DNA of 64,000 nt from an uncultured Opitutus sp. (GTDB lineage Bacteria > Verrucomicrobiota > Verrucomicrobiia > Opitutales > Opitutaceae). This document shows, in pieces, positions 26,754 to 37,424 of the stretch. Position numbers and translations under genes: made by a program. The notes beneath the pieces are model-generated. The model was not told the origin of the DNA, did not search any database, and worked only from the letters and a program-made list of their open reading frames with translations. The DNA is taken from contig CAYZBG010000001.1 in NCBI GenBank assembly GCA_964476565.1, positions 64,405 through 128,404 of the forward strand. Direction: 5' to 3'. Each line of letters opens with the position of its first letter. Within the stretch, counting starts at the first letter, position 1.

Positions 26754-28307
26754 ATGCGTTCCGTCTTCTTGAACGCAGTCGCCGAGGTGGCTGGCTGCAT
26801 GGTCTGCGCGCGCTTTGAAGTCCGTCGAGGTTCCGGCCTTGTCCTGCATGGGTGGCATCCTCCGACGGAGAGCACCGTTGGAAGCCGCGCCGGCGTGGCC
26901 TCGGCGCCGACCCCACCCACCAAGCGATCGGTGGTTTTCCGGTTCCGCAAAGCCCGGGAGGGACTACGCCTGGCGGTGCCAGCTTCGGTTGCAGTGGTGC
27001 GCCGTCTGGCCACGCCGACGCTGCCGCAGGCGGCAAAGGCGAAGCTGTTGGCATTTGAGGCCGGCCAGATGGCCGGCGTTCCGGCACCTGAAGTCGAATG
27101 GGCCCACGCGAGCCTCCCTCAGGACGGAGGACAGGCCAGGGTCCTCTTGGCAGCAGCCAGCCGTTCCCTTCTGGAAACCTGGACCCGGGAGGCGGCGGTT
27201 GGCCGAGGTGTGCCGGACGACGTCGAACCGGCCTGCCTCGCGTTGTATCGCAGTTTTCGTTACACGCATCCCGGCATCGAGTCGGGGGTGGTGCTGCTGG
27301 ATGTGACCCGGCGGGGCCTTCGCGTGCTGCTCATCGATCAACCGGGCTATGCCGCGCGTCAGGCGGTGTGGCCGCCTGCTGCCGCCGGCACCTCAGCCCC
27401 CTGGGGTCCGCAAAACCCTCCGACGGCCGGTGCCCTCGCGGAGCGTGCTCATCTTGAACTGGCGCGCCTGCTCGCCAGTGCGGATACCGTCGGCGAAGGC
27501 AAGCGGCCGGTCATTCAGCGGCTGTTCATTTGCGGAGAGTGGTCCCTGCTTCCCGGCTTCGCGGCGGCCTTGGGCGGCCGACTTGGCCTCCCGGTTGAGG
27601 GCTATGATCCGCTGGGGCGTGTGTTGATGGAAGGAGCTTCGCCGGCCGCCGACCTGCGTGTCGCCATGGGTGAACTCGTCGGCCTCGCGGCGCGCGGACT
27701 GGCCGATGCTCCTGACTTACCGCTGGTGTCGCCTGCGGTTCGGCACGAGCAGGCGCGCCCGGGCCGGGTGCGCCTCGTCAGGCTGGCGCTGGCTGCGGCG
27801 ATGCTCACCCCGCTGCCTCCGCTGATTGCGGTCAATCACCGCGCCAGCAGGGTGGAATCGCTCTGCCAGGAGATTTCGAGCGCACTGACCCGGGTGGAGC
27901 AGTGGGAAAAGGTCGTTGCGCTCGCGCTGACTCGGCTGAACCGGCTCCAGGCTGAGCGTGACTTGCTCTCCGGCCTGCTGAACGAGCGCGTGGTGTGGGT
28001 GCGTTTTCTCGCGGATCTTGAAGAACGTCTCGCCGAGGTGCCGGGAATCGAATGCCGGCACCTGAGGGTTGAGGATGAAAGCCAAGGGCGGGGTGCGGCC
28101 CTGGTCAGGTTGGGCGGGCGGTTTGACCGTTCCGTCGCGATGGGCGGAGAGGTGCCGTGGGATGACCGGATGCGTACCTTGCTCGCCCGGCTTTCGGCGT
28201 CGCCGTTTGTGGCGAAGGTTGAGCACGAGCGCTTCCTTGAGGTGGGAGCGGCGCAAGCCGAGTTTGAGCTGACGCTGCGCCTGTGTGTCCGGCCGATCCA
28301 GCCATGA
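26754..28307 (+). CDS. divergent PilM-like (actin-fold) protein fused to a PilN-like TM/coiled-coil module
   Basis: Segments VVLLDVTRRGLRVLLID and RLFICGEWSLLPGFAAALGGRLGLPV resemble PilM phosphate/adenosine motifs. A TM segment (LALAAAMLTPLPPLIAV) and a coiled region follow. Confidence 0.5.
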   Translation: MRSVFLNAVAEVAGCMVCARFEVRRGSGLVLHGWHPPTESTVGSRAGVASAPTPPTKRSVVFRFRKAREGLRLAVPASVAVVRRLATPTLPQAAKAKLLAFEAGQMAGVPAPEVEWAHASLPQDGGQARVLLAAASRSLLETWTREAAVGRGVPDDVEPACLALYRSFRYTHPGIESGVVLLDVTRRGLRVLLIDQPGYAARQAVWPPAAAGTSAPWGPQNPPTAGALAERAHLELARLLASADTVGEGKRPVIQRLFICGEWSLLPGFAAALGGRLGLPVEGYDPLGRVLMEGASPAADLRVAMGELVGLAARGLADAPDLPLVSPAVRHEQARPGRVRLVRLALAAAMLTPLPPLIAVNHRASRVESLCQEISSALTRVEQWEKVVALALTRLNRLQAERDLLSGLLNERVVWVRFLADLEERLAEVPGIECRHLRVEDESQGRGAALVRLGGRFDRSVAMGGEVPWDDRMRTLLARLSASPFVAKVEHERFLEVGAAQAEFELTLRLCVRPIQP

Positions 28308-29200
28308 AGTCCAGGCGCTGGCATGGGTCGGTTTTTACCTGGCGAGGAGCCTGGGTCACCACCCTCACGGTACTTTGCGCCGTGCAGGTATTCGGCGTGT
28401 TCCGCGCCGTCCGGCGCCATACGGCTGCGACGCAGCATCAGTCGGCGCTTGAGCGGCGAGCCCAGGCCGCGATGCGGCTCAAACCGTCTCCGACGGAAAG
28501 CGGGCTGGCCAAACTGAACCTCCGGATTGAAGGCATTGAGACCGACCTCGCTCCGTTGCGCCGTCACTTTACCCGCCCGGCCGGATCAACCACCGTTCCG
28601 GGCTCGCGAGCCGAAGCCTACTTTGCGTTGCGCGCCTACATGAGCCGGCTGCAGGCCGCGGCTTTGAAGATGAACGTGGGCCATCGTCCCGAGGAGCGGT
28701 GGGGCTTTGCTGCCCATCAGCACGAAGGACCGCCGGACGGGCTGGGCGCGAACGTACACGCCCAGTGCGTCGATCTCGAGCGCACGTTGAGTGCTTTGAT
28801 CGAGGCGAAACCCGCACGGATTGAGCGTGTGCAGCGGGAACGCCCAACTGGCCTGGCACCCGACCTCAGGCGCTCGGCGGGCGACGAGGCGGACTTTTTC
28901 TCCCTCGCTCCGGGATTGGCCTTGCCCGTCAGGTCGGGCGTGGATGTGCGCGCGTATCGGGTGACCTTTGTCGGTGATCGTGACGTGCTTCGTACCTGGC
29001 TCAACCGCCTCGCCGGACTGCCTGGGCCAGTGATCGTGCGCGACGTGATCGCGGAGCCGGTGGCCGCGGTCCGAGAGCGGGAGGAGCCGGCGTTTGGGAA
29101 GCCGGCGCTCACCCGTTTCACTGTGACGTACGTGGAAGTGGTCAAAAACGGTGAATCTGCGCCGGAACCGGAACGGGCGAGACCTGAGGAGCGACGGTGA
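28304..29200 (+). CDS. PilO-like membrane-anchored protein, probable Amuc_1100 homolog
   Basis: It has an N-terminal TM. The segments ...WGFAAH..., SAGDEADFF and YRVTFVGDRDVLRTWLNRLAG parallel Amuc_1100 ...WLGFQVY..., ESDEADQAPW and LEIAFQGDRESVLKAMNAITG. That comparison is from memory. An ATGA overlap links it to the upstream gene. Confidence 0.45.
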   Translation: MKSRRWHGSVFTWRGAWVTTLTVLCAVQVFGVFRAVRRHTAATQHQSALERRAQAAMRLKPSPTESGLAKLNLRIEGIETDLAPLRRHFTRPAGSTTVPGSRAEAYFALRAYMSRLQAAALKMNVGHRPEERWGFAAHQHEGPPDGLGANVHAQCVDLERTLSALIEAKPARIERVQRERPTGLAPDLRRSAGDEADFFSLAPGLALPVRSGVDVRAYRVTFVGDRDVLRTWLNRLAGLPGPVIVRDVIAEPVAAVREREEPAFGKPALTRFTVTYVEVVKNGESAPEPERARPEERR

Positions 29201-29994
29201 TGCGTCGAATGCATGGGGCGTGGCGGCAGGTGTTGGCCGGACTTGCGTGCTCGGCGTTGGTGGTGTCGCTCGCGCTTTCGCTCACCTGGTACCGAGCGGT
29301 GTCCACGCCCGTGCTTCCTTTACGCCTGTCGCCGGACGAGCCGGAGGAACCGGCACCCACCGAAGGCACGCAGTTTGACCCGGATTTCAACTGGCCGGCT
29401 CGTCTCGGTGTGCAGGGGCTGTTTGCCCGGAGGGCGCACGACGCACGGCCGAAGATCGACACGAACCGGCTGAGCGACCGCTCCCCGCCCATCCTGCGCT
29501 ACGTGCGACGCAAGCTGCCGCCGCTCCGCCTGGAAGGATTCTGGGCGGCACCGGAGGGACTGCGCGGAATCTTTGTGGTCGGCGCCACCGGGGAGAGCGT
29601 GATCGCCGCCCCGGGGCACCGCTTCGCCGATCTCGGCCTCGTCCTGGAGAGCCTGGTCCGACGATCGGGCCGCCCGGAATCCGGCAGCGGCGATGTTGTC
29701 ATCGAATGGTGGATACGTGATGTGCTTTCCGGGCATATCAGCCGGCACGATTCGGCGATTCAGGCGTCCGAAGGCACCATGCTCGCCGGCTTCGAGGTGG
29801 AGGCCTCAGCGCCGGTGGTCGAAGTGGAGCAGGGCGGAGCGCTCGTCTCGGGCGCCGACCGCTGGGTGGTCGATTCGATCTCCGAACACCCGCCCGAGGT
29901 GCGTCTGACCGGCTCCGGCGCATCGCCCGAGCTCCTGCTCCGCCCGGTCCTGCCTGCGGTTCCGGTCCACCAGGACGCCGGGCCCGCTCACTGA
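29197..29994 (+). CDS. membrane-anchored hypothetical protein (PilP position)
   Basis: It has an N-terminal TM and an ATGA overlap with the upstream gene. It sits between the PilO-like gene and the secretin. Confidence 0.45.
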   Translation: MMRRMHGAWRQVLAGLACSALVVSLALSLTWYRAVSTPVLPLRLSPDEPEEPAPTEGTQFDPDFNWPARLGVQGLFARRAHDARPKIDTNRLSDRSPPILRYVRRKLPPLRLEGFWAAPEGLRGIFVVGATGESVIAAPGHRFADLGLVLESLVRRSGRPESGSGDVVIEWWIRDVLSGHISRHDSAIQASEGTMLAGFEVEASAPVVEVEQGGALVSGADRWVVDSISEHPPEVRLTGSGASPELLLRPVLPAVPVHQDAGPAH

Positions 29995-29998
29995 ATTT

Positions 29999-32524
29999 AT
30001 GCGAACTGTTCTCGCTTCCTTCCCCTCGGCGATTCGTGTGCTGCTCGCCTTCGGGCTTGCTGGCTGGACCTGCAGGTCAGGTCAGGCGTCTGACGGCGAA
30101 CCAGGCTCACTGGAATCGGACGCGGCGGCGTGGGCCGGCGCGGTACGTGAGCGCCTTGATCAGGCGATCACCGCGACTGAGCCGGTGCTGGCCCGGTCGA
30201 AGCAGGAACTTGAACGAGGCGAACCGTCGGCTGCGCTGGCCCTGCTGGACGAACATCTGCGCCGACTTCCCGACACAACGTTGACCCGAGATGCCCTCAT
30301 TCGCACCCGGCGTCTACGGGCCGAGGTGTTGGTGACGATGGCGGGGCGGGCGTTGGACGGCGGCGAACTCGCGGAAGCGCGCCGGTTGCGCGAGCTGCAC
30401 CGCGAAAGCGGAGTCGCGGATGTGCGGGCGGCACGGTTGGACGCGCGGCTGGAGGCCGCCGAGCTCGATCCTCCGCTTCCCCAGCTCGAAGACGTCAGCC
30501 CCGGTTATCTGCATCGTCGAAAAGAGCTCGCGCAGTGGCTGGCACGCGGACGTACCCAATACGGAGTCGGGGACCTGGAGGGCGCGGTACTCAGCTACCG
30601 TCACGCCGGGCAGCTGGCCCCGGATGACCCGGAGCCCAAGCTCATGCTCAAGCGCATCGCCGCCGACCGCGAGAAACGGGGGCCGCTCAATCGCGAGCGG
30701 TCGCGCACGCAGATGCTGCAGGAAGTCGCCCATGCCTGGGAACGTCCGGTGGCCCAAGCCGGCGCCCCGGCCGAACCGGGACGGGAGCGGGCGAATGCCG
30801 AGCCTCTCGTGAGGAAACTCTCCGAGATTCAAATCCCGCAGGTGAGCTTTGTGCAGATGGACCTCGCCAAGGTGGTCGCGACCTTGAGCGCAATCTCCGA
30901 GGACTACGACCGGACGGACCTGCCGTCCAAGGGCGTCAACATTGTGCTGCTGGATCCGTCGGCACGGAACCCGCCGGTCAACCTCACTCTCAGGAATCTG
31001 TCGCTGGCGCGTATCCTGGATTTCATTACTGATGCCGTCGGCTATCAGTACGAGATACAGGCAGATGCCGTGGTGGTGCGACCGGGGGGCGAAACGACCT
31101 CGCTCGATACGGAGTTCTTCCCGATTACCCGGTCGACCGTGATCCGCATGACGGGCCCCGCGTTGAGCACCCCGCCTGCGCCGCCGGCGGGGGATCCGTT
31201 CGGTGCGGCCGCGCCGGCGGTCGCTGCCGCGGGTGCGGAGGCGTTGGCGCTCCGCGGCTTCCTGCAGCAGGCCGGCGTGAACTTCGAAGGCACGCCCGGA
31301 TCCAGTCTCGCTTACGATGGATCGGCGATGATCGTGACCCAGACGGCGCGCAACCTCGAACGTATCCGGAATATCCTGCATCGGTACAACGACGTGCGCC
31401 AGGTGGAGATTGAGGCCAAGTTCATCGAGGTGCAGGAGGGGGCGCTCGAAGAGTTGGGCGTGACCTGGAATGTAACCCGGCGCGGACGGCGCCTGCTGGA
31501 TCCCGTGACCGGCGAGCCCCTGCGGGATGCCACGGGGGCGGAACGCTACGACGTGCAGGACCGTTTCACCTCGGGCGGAGTGCGACCGCTGGCGGAGGCG
31601 TTTCGGAATTCAAATTCGGTCAATGCGATCCTCATCGACGGCGAAGCGGCAGCGACGACGGCTCCTCCGACGTTCCCGGGGGCCGTGCTCATGGGCGGCG
31701 CCGGCAGCCCGCTGGCGGACCTGTCGGGTGCGGTGGGCGACTTTGATGTACAGGCCGTGGTGCGCGCGTTGTCGCAGAAGCAAGGCACCGATCTACTCAG
31801 CGCGCCGAAGGTCACTGTGCTTTCGGGCAATACCGCAACCATGGTGGTCGCGCAGGAGATGCGGTATCCCCAAAGTTACGGGGAGATTCAGAGTCAGGTC
31901 GGGTCGAGCAACAGTTCCGGTACCTCGGGCTCGGCAGGAGTTACGGTCACGGCCGGGACGCCGCAGGATTTCGCCACGCGCAACGTGGGCGTCGAGCTTC
32001 GGGTCACGCCGATCGTGGAGGAGGACGACTACAGCATCAGCCTCGACCTGAATCCGAAGGTGACCGAGTTCGAAGGTTTCGTCGAATACGGCGGGCCCAG
32101 TCTGGCGATTTCGTCGGGCCGGACGGTGACCGTCCCTCCAGGGTTCTACCAACCGATCTTCTCGGTGCGCGAGGTCTCGACCAAGGTTACGTTGTGGGAC
32201 GGAGCAACGTTGATCATGGGAGGATTGACGCGCGAGGAGGTGAAGCAGGTCGACGATCGGATTCCCGTGCTCGGAAGCATACCGGGACTCGGTCGGCTCT
32301 TTCGTTCCAAGGGCGAGACGGCGCAGAAGCGGAACCTGCTGATTTTTGTTACGGCCAACCTCGTCAGTCCCGGTGGCTCGCCCAAGAAGCAGGTGCTGCA
32401 GGATACGCCCCCCAGCACCCCGTTTCGCAATCCCACGTGGGTTGCCCCGGGAGGCCCATCGGCCCGACCGCGCGATCAGGTCGCGCCGCCGGCGGCCACA
32501 GCGCATCAAAACGGCGGATCCTGA
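29999..32524 (+). CDS. secretin (type II/III secretion system family; PilQ/GspD-like) with a helical N-terminal extension
   Basis: The C-terminal secretin domain reads LSAPKVTVLSGNTATMVV...GVELRVTPIV...IPVLGSIPGLGRLFRS...NLLIFVTANLV. Confidence 0.88.
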   Translation: MRTVLASFPSAIRVLLAFGLAGWTCRSGQASDGEPGSLESDAAAWAGAVRERLDQAITATEPVLARSKQELERGEPSAALALLDEHLRRLPDTTLTRDALIRTRRLRAEVLVTMAGRALDGGELAEARRLRELHRESGVADVRAARLDARLEAAELDPPLPQLEDVSPGYLHRRKELAQWLARGRTQYGVGDLEGAVLSYRHAGQLAPDDPEPKLMLKRIAADREKRGPLNRERSRTQMLQEVAHAWERPVAQAGAPAEPGRERANAEPLVRKLSEIQIPQVSFVQMDLAKVVATLSAISEDYDRTDLPSKGVNIVLLDPSARNPPVNLTLRNLSLARILDFITDAVGYQYEIQADAVVVRPGGETTSLDTEFFPITRSTVIRMTGPALSTPPAPPAGDPFGAAAPAVAAAGAEALALRGFLQQAGVNFEGTPGSSLAYDGSAMIVTQTARNLERIRNILHRYNDVRQVEIEAKFIEVQEGALEELGVTWNVTRRGRRLLDPVTGEPLRDATGAERYDVQDRFTSGGVRPLAEAFRNSNSVNAILIDGEAAATTAPPTFPGAVLMGGAGSPLADLSGAVGDFDVQAVVRALSQKQGTDLLSAPKVTVLSGNTATMVVAQEMRYPQSYGEIQSQVGSSNSSGTSGSAGVTVTAGTPQDFATRNVGVELRVTPIVEEDDYSISLDLNPKVTEFEGFVEYGGPSLAISSGRTVTVPPGFYQPIFSVREVSTKVTLWDGATLIMGGLTREEVKQVDDRIPVLGSIPGLGRLFRSKGETAQKRNLLIFVTANLVSPGGSPKKQVLQDTPPSTPFRNPTWVAPGGPSARPRDQVAPPAATAHQNGGS

Positions 32525-32558
32525 CCGGTCGCCGGTTGACGCCTGCGGGTGACCGGCC

Positions 32559-33452
32559 TTGCCTTTCCCGATGGCGAAATGGTTGCTCATCGATGGCTTC
32601 AATCTGGCGTATCGCTGCTTCTTCGCAGTTCCGGAGCTCACGCGGTCCGACGGGTTTCCCACCAACGCATTGCACGGCTGGGTGAAGTCGATTTGGAAGC
32701 TGCAGGATCAGGAGCACCCTGAGGCGACGTTGGTTTTCTTTGACCTTGGCGGTGCGCAGGACCGACTCGCGCTTCTGCCGGAATACAAGGCTCAACGTGA
32801 GGAAATGCCGGAAGCCCTCGAGCGGCAGATTCCCATGATCAAGGCCCTCACCCGGGCGATGGGACTCGTGGGCGTCGAGCAGGAGGGGGTCGAAAGCGAC
32901 GATCTCCTCGCCTCGCAGGCATGCGCGCTGGCCGGCGGAGGCCACGACGTCATGATCGTGAGTTCCGACAAGGACTTTGCCCAGATCGTGAGCGAACGGA
33001 TCAAGATCATGCTGCCTCCGCCTTCGGCGAATCCCAAGCTCGGCTGGCGTATGCTCGATGCCGCCGGAGTAGAGGAAAAATTCGGGGTGCCGCCGGCGCA
33101 GATCGCCGACTACCTCGCCCTGATCGGCGACACGTCGGACAACATCAAGGGCTTGGACGGAGTCGGTCCCAAGACGGCGTCGAAATGGTTGAAGGAGTTT
33201 GGCGGTGTGGAAGGCGTGATTGCCAACGCGGCCCAGCTGAAGCCGGAACGGTTTCAGGTCCAGGTTGCGGAATCGGCCGACAACTTGCGTCGCAATCTCC
33301 GACTCACGACGCTTAATCTTGGCCTGCCGGTGGTTGCAGCCGATAAGACACCGGTCGATGCCGGCGCCCTTTTCCAGCTGCTCGAAGAGCTCGAGATGAA
33401 GAGCAGCCTCGCCGAAGCGAGGAAGCGTTACACGCAGCCCGAACTGTTTTGA
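32559..33452 (+). CDS. stand-alone 5'-3' exonuclease (Pol I N-terminal / FEN-like)
   Basis: LLIDGFNLAYRCFFA...PTNALHG...EYKAQREEMPEAL...ESDDLLA...SSDKDF motifs are present. Confidence 0.88.
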   Translation: MPFPMAKWLLIDGFNLAYRCFFAVPELTRSDGFPTNALHGWVKSIWKLQDQEHPEATLVFFDLGGAQDRLALLPEYKAQREEMPEALERQIPMIKALTRAMGLVGVEQEGVESDDLLASQACALAGGGHDVMIVSSDKDFAQIVSERIKIMLPPPSANPKLGWRMLDAAGVEEKFGVPPAQIADYLALIGDTSDNIKGLDGVGPKTASKWLKEFGGVEGVIANAAQLKPERFQVQVAESADNLRRNLRLTTLNLGLPVVAADKTPVDAGALFQLLEELEMKSSLAEARKRYTQPELF

Positions 33453-33474
33453 GCCCGCGCCCGACCTTCGGGCC

Positions 33475-34245
33475 TCAACGACCCTCGGCGGAAACACCGG
33501 CCGGATCGAAGATATAGCCGACCCCGTGCACGGTGCGGAACGTATCCAGATTCAGGCCGTGCTGGGTGAACATCGTGCGGATCTTCACGATGTATTGGTC
33601 GAGCGAGCGGCTCTTCACGTCGGCGTGGATTCCCCAGACCGAGTGAATGAGCGCCTTCCGCGTGATCACCACGCCCTTGTTGGTGTTCAGGTAGGCGATG
33701 ATGCCTAGTTCCTTCCGGCCCAATTTGTGGGTCGTGCCGTCCGGGAAACTGATCTCGAGGCGTGTCGGGTTGATCTGCGCCCCGCAGAAATCGAACGGAT
33801 CGTCGCTGATCTTGGCGTTCTTGGTGACCTTGAGGTCGTCCTTGGACTCCGTGCGACGCAGCACGGCCCGAATGCGGGCAACGAGTTCGGCGTAACCGAA
33901 GGGCTTCGTGATATAGTCGTCGCCGCCCAGTTCCAAGCCGCGAACTTTGTTCACCTCCAACGCATTTCCGGTGACGAAGATGGTGGGGACGCTGATGTCG
34001 TTTTTCTTGAGATCCTCAAACAGGGCAAAGCCCGATTGATCGGGAAGGTTGACGTCCAGAAGGACGAGGTTGGCGAAATTGCGCTTCAAGAAACGCAAGG
34101 CATGCGCGGCCCGGTTGCAGAGCTGCGTTTGCATGCCGGCCTCCTCGAGGTGGATGGAAATGAGCTTGGCCAGTTCTTCTTCGTCTTCGACGACCAAGAT
34201 GAGGGGCTTTGGCTCGGCGCGGGTGGATGAAGGGACAATGGACAT
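33475..34245 (-). CDS. OmpR-family response regulator
   Basis: A receiver domain (ILVVEDEEEL...LLDVNLPD) is joined to a winged-helix C-terminus (RTVHGVGYIF). Confidence 0.88.
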   Translation of the reverse strand: MSIVPSSTRAEPKPLILVVEDEEELAKLISIHLEEAGMQTQLCNRAAHALRFLKRNFANLVLLDVNLPDQSGFALFEDLKKNDISVPTIFVTGNALEVNKVRGLELGGDDYITKPFGYAELVARIRAVLRRTESKDDLKVTKNAKISDDPFDFCGAQINPTRLEISFPDGTTHKLGRKELGIIAYLNTNKGVVITRKALIHSVWGIHADVKSRSLDQYIVKIRTMFTQHGLNLDTFRTVHGVGYIFDPAGVSAEGR

Positions 34246-34452
34246 GCAGGTAAACGCTTATATCGGCCGCTGAAGGATTTTTTACAATTAAAATTATGAC
34301 TTTTGCCAATAAAGATTAAGACGGTGTTTCCCGCGCCGGGAGACCGGTAAAGACCCGGTGCAAGTTCCGTGCTAGCGCCTCGGGAGAATAGACTTGAAGC
34401 GCCGGCAGGCGCGGTGTCCCTTCGCGCCGTGTCGTCGCAAGCACCACTCCTG

Positions 34453-35313
34453 ATGCTCGGTCTGCCGAAGGGCAGTCTCGAGGAATCCACGAAGAACCTC
34501 TTCGCCAAAGCAGGCTGGAAGATCACCACCAGTTCGCGCTCGTACCGGCCGTCGATCGACGATCCGGAACTCGATGGACGCTTCGTCCGGGCCCAGGAGG
34601 TGAGCCGTTACGTGGAGCACGGCTTTTTTGACTGCGGACTGACCGGACAAGACTGGGTGCTGGAGAACGAGTCGGATGTCGTGGAGGTCTGCGACCTCAT
34701 CTACAGCCGCGCTTCGGTCAAGAAGTCGCGCTGGGTGCTTTGCGTCCCGGAAGCGTCCCCGGTAAAAACGGTCGAGGACCTCGCCGGCAAGCGGGTCGCC
34801 ACCGAACTGGTCAACACTGTGAAGCGTTACTTCGAGGCGAAGCGGGTTCCGGTCGAAGTCGAGTTCTCGTGGGGAGCGACGGAGGTGAAGGTCCCGGATC
34901 TGGTCGACGCGATCGTGGACATCACCGAAACCGGTTCATCGTTGCGCGCGAACAAACTTCGCATCGTCGACACGCTGCTGGAAACCAACACCAAGCTCAT
35001 TGCCAACAAGGCGAGTTGGGCCAATCCCGCGAAACGTCGGAAAATCGAAACGATCGCCCTGCTTCTTCGCGGTGCGCTCGAGGCCGGAAGCAAGGTGGGG
35101 CTGAAGATGAACCTGCCCAAGTCGGCGCTCGACGCCGTGGTGCGGACGCTTCCGGCGCTGCGCAACCCCACGATCTCGCCCCTCAGCAACGTCGACTGGA
35201 TCGCGCTCGAGACGATCATCGACGAAAGCGTGGCCCGCGAAATCATCCCCCAGCTCAAGTCCCTCGGTGCCGAAGGCATCGTCGAGTATCCGCTCAACAA
35301 GGTCGTCTACTGA
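34453..35313 (+). CDS. hisG: ATP phosphoribosyltransferase (long form)
   Basis: [22 protein letters not shown]... over 287 aa, with a C-terminal regulatory domain. Confidence 0.88.
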   Translation: MLGLPKGSLEESTKNLFAKAGWKITTSSRSYRPSIDDPELDGRFVRAQEVSRYVEHGFFDCGLTGQDWVLENESDVVEVCDLIYSRASVKKSRWVLCVPEASPVKTVEDLAGKRVATELVNTVKRYFEAKRVPVEVEFSWGATEVKVPDLVDAIVDITETGSSLRANKLRIVDTLLETNTKLIANKASWANPAKRRKIETIALLLRGALEAGSKVGLKMNLPKSALDAVVRTLPALRNPTISPLSNVDWIALETIIDESVAREIIPQLKSLGAEGIVEYPLNKVVY

Positions 35314-35336
35314 GGCGGCCACGTCGTTCCCGACCC

Positions 35337-36221
<885 letters not shown>

Positions 36222-36226
36222 GTCCC

Positions 36227-37312
36227 GTGGCCACTTCCCGGAAGGCTTCGAATTCCTCCGCGCGTAGCTCCGCGACCGGACGCACGCCGGCTGCCCTTGG
36301 CTTCCGCATGCCGGCGGAGTGGGCGCCCCAGGCCGCGATCTGGCTTTCGTGGCCGCACAAGCGCGCGTCCTGGCCGGGTCAGTTCCGCCCCATCCCGTAT
36401 GTCTTCGCCGGCATTGTGGCGCAGATCAGCCGGTTTGAGGCCGTGCGCATCAACTGCGCCGCCGCCCTGCAGCCGCGCGCGCAGCGGCTGTGTGCCAAGG
36501 CCGGTGCGGACATGGAACGGGTGACCTTCTACGATCATCCGACCAACGATGCTTGGTGCCGCGACCATGGACCGATTTTCGTGAAACACCGCCGGACCGG
36601 GGAGGTGGCGGTGACGGACTGGGTGCACACGGCATGGGGCGGGAAGTACCCGCCCTACGACCTCGACAACACGATTCCGCCGTTGGTGGCGAAGAAACTG
36701 CGCATGCGGCGCTTCGAGAACAATATGGTCCTCGAGGGCGGCTCGATCGACGTGAATGGCGAAGGATTACTGCTGACCAGTGAGCAGTGTCTGTTGAACA
36801 AGAACCGCAATCCGCACCTCAGCCGGACCGAGATCGAGCGCAACCTGTGCGACTACTTGGGGGTGACAACCGTGCTGTGGGTGGGCGATGGTATCATTGG
36901 AGATGATACCGATGGGCACATCGACGACATCACCCGGTTCTACAAGCCCGACGGCTTCATCACCTGCGTGGAGAAGAATCGCCGCGACCCGAATCACCGC
37001 ATCCTGGCGGAAAATCTCGAGCGCCTGTCTTCTTTCCGCACGCCGCAGGGACGGAAGTTCGACCTCGTGGAGTTGCCGATGCCGAAGCCGTTCGCGATCC
37101 AAGGGCAGCAAGTTCCGGCCAGCTATGCGAATTTCCTGATCATCAACGGTGCCGTCCTCGTTCCGACCTTCCGGCAGAAGAAGCGTGACGCGGAGGCCTG
37201 TGCGATCATCGGCGGCTGCTTCCCGGGCCGCGAAGTGATTGGGATCGATTGCTACGATCTGATCTGGGGCCTCGGCACCCTCCACTGTATTTCTCAGCAG
37301 CAACCCGCCTGA
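36227..37312 (+). CDS. aguA: agmatine deiminase
   Basis: FRMPAEWAPQAAIWLSWPH and a C-terminal GTLHCISQQQP are present. The start is GTG. Confidence 0.9.
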   Translation: MATSRKASNSSARSSATGRTPAALGFRMPAEWAPQAAIWLSWPHKRASWPGQFRPIPYVFAGIVAQISRFEAVRINCAAALQPRAQRLCAKAGADMERVTFYDHPTNDAWCRDHGPIFVKHRRTGEVAVTDWVHTAWGGKYPPYDLDNTIPPLVAKKLRMRRFENNMVLEGGSIDVNGEGLLLTSEQCLLNKNRNPHLSRTEIERNLCDYLGVTTVLWVGDGIIGDDTDGHIDDITRFYKPDGFITCVEKNRRDPNHRILAENLERLSSFRTPQGRKFDLVELPMPKPFAIQGQQVPASYANFLIINGAVLVPTFRQKKRDAEACAIIGGCFPGREVIGIDCYDLIWGLGTLHCISQQQPA

Positions 37313-37424
37313 CAACCGCGGGTGGGCCAACGGATGTCGCGTCACCGACTCCGGCGAGCCCTGCCGATTTGGGATCGACCTGCCCACCCGGCGAAGGCCA
37401 TTTTCTTTCGGCCCGGCCGCCACC

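Noticed and set aside
34285-34325. An AT-rich patch (TTTTTTACAATTAAAATTATGACTTTTGCCAATAAAGATTAAG) between the response regulator and hisG, considered as a specific regulatory element.
   Set aside because: It is most likely just the shared divergent promoter region. I could not define -35/-10 boxes or a binding motif with any confidence.
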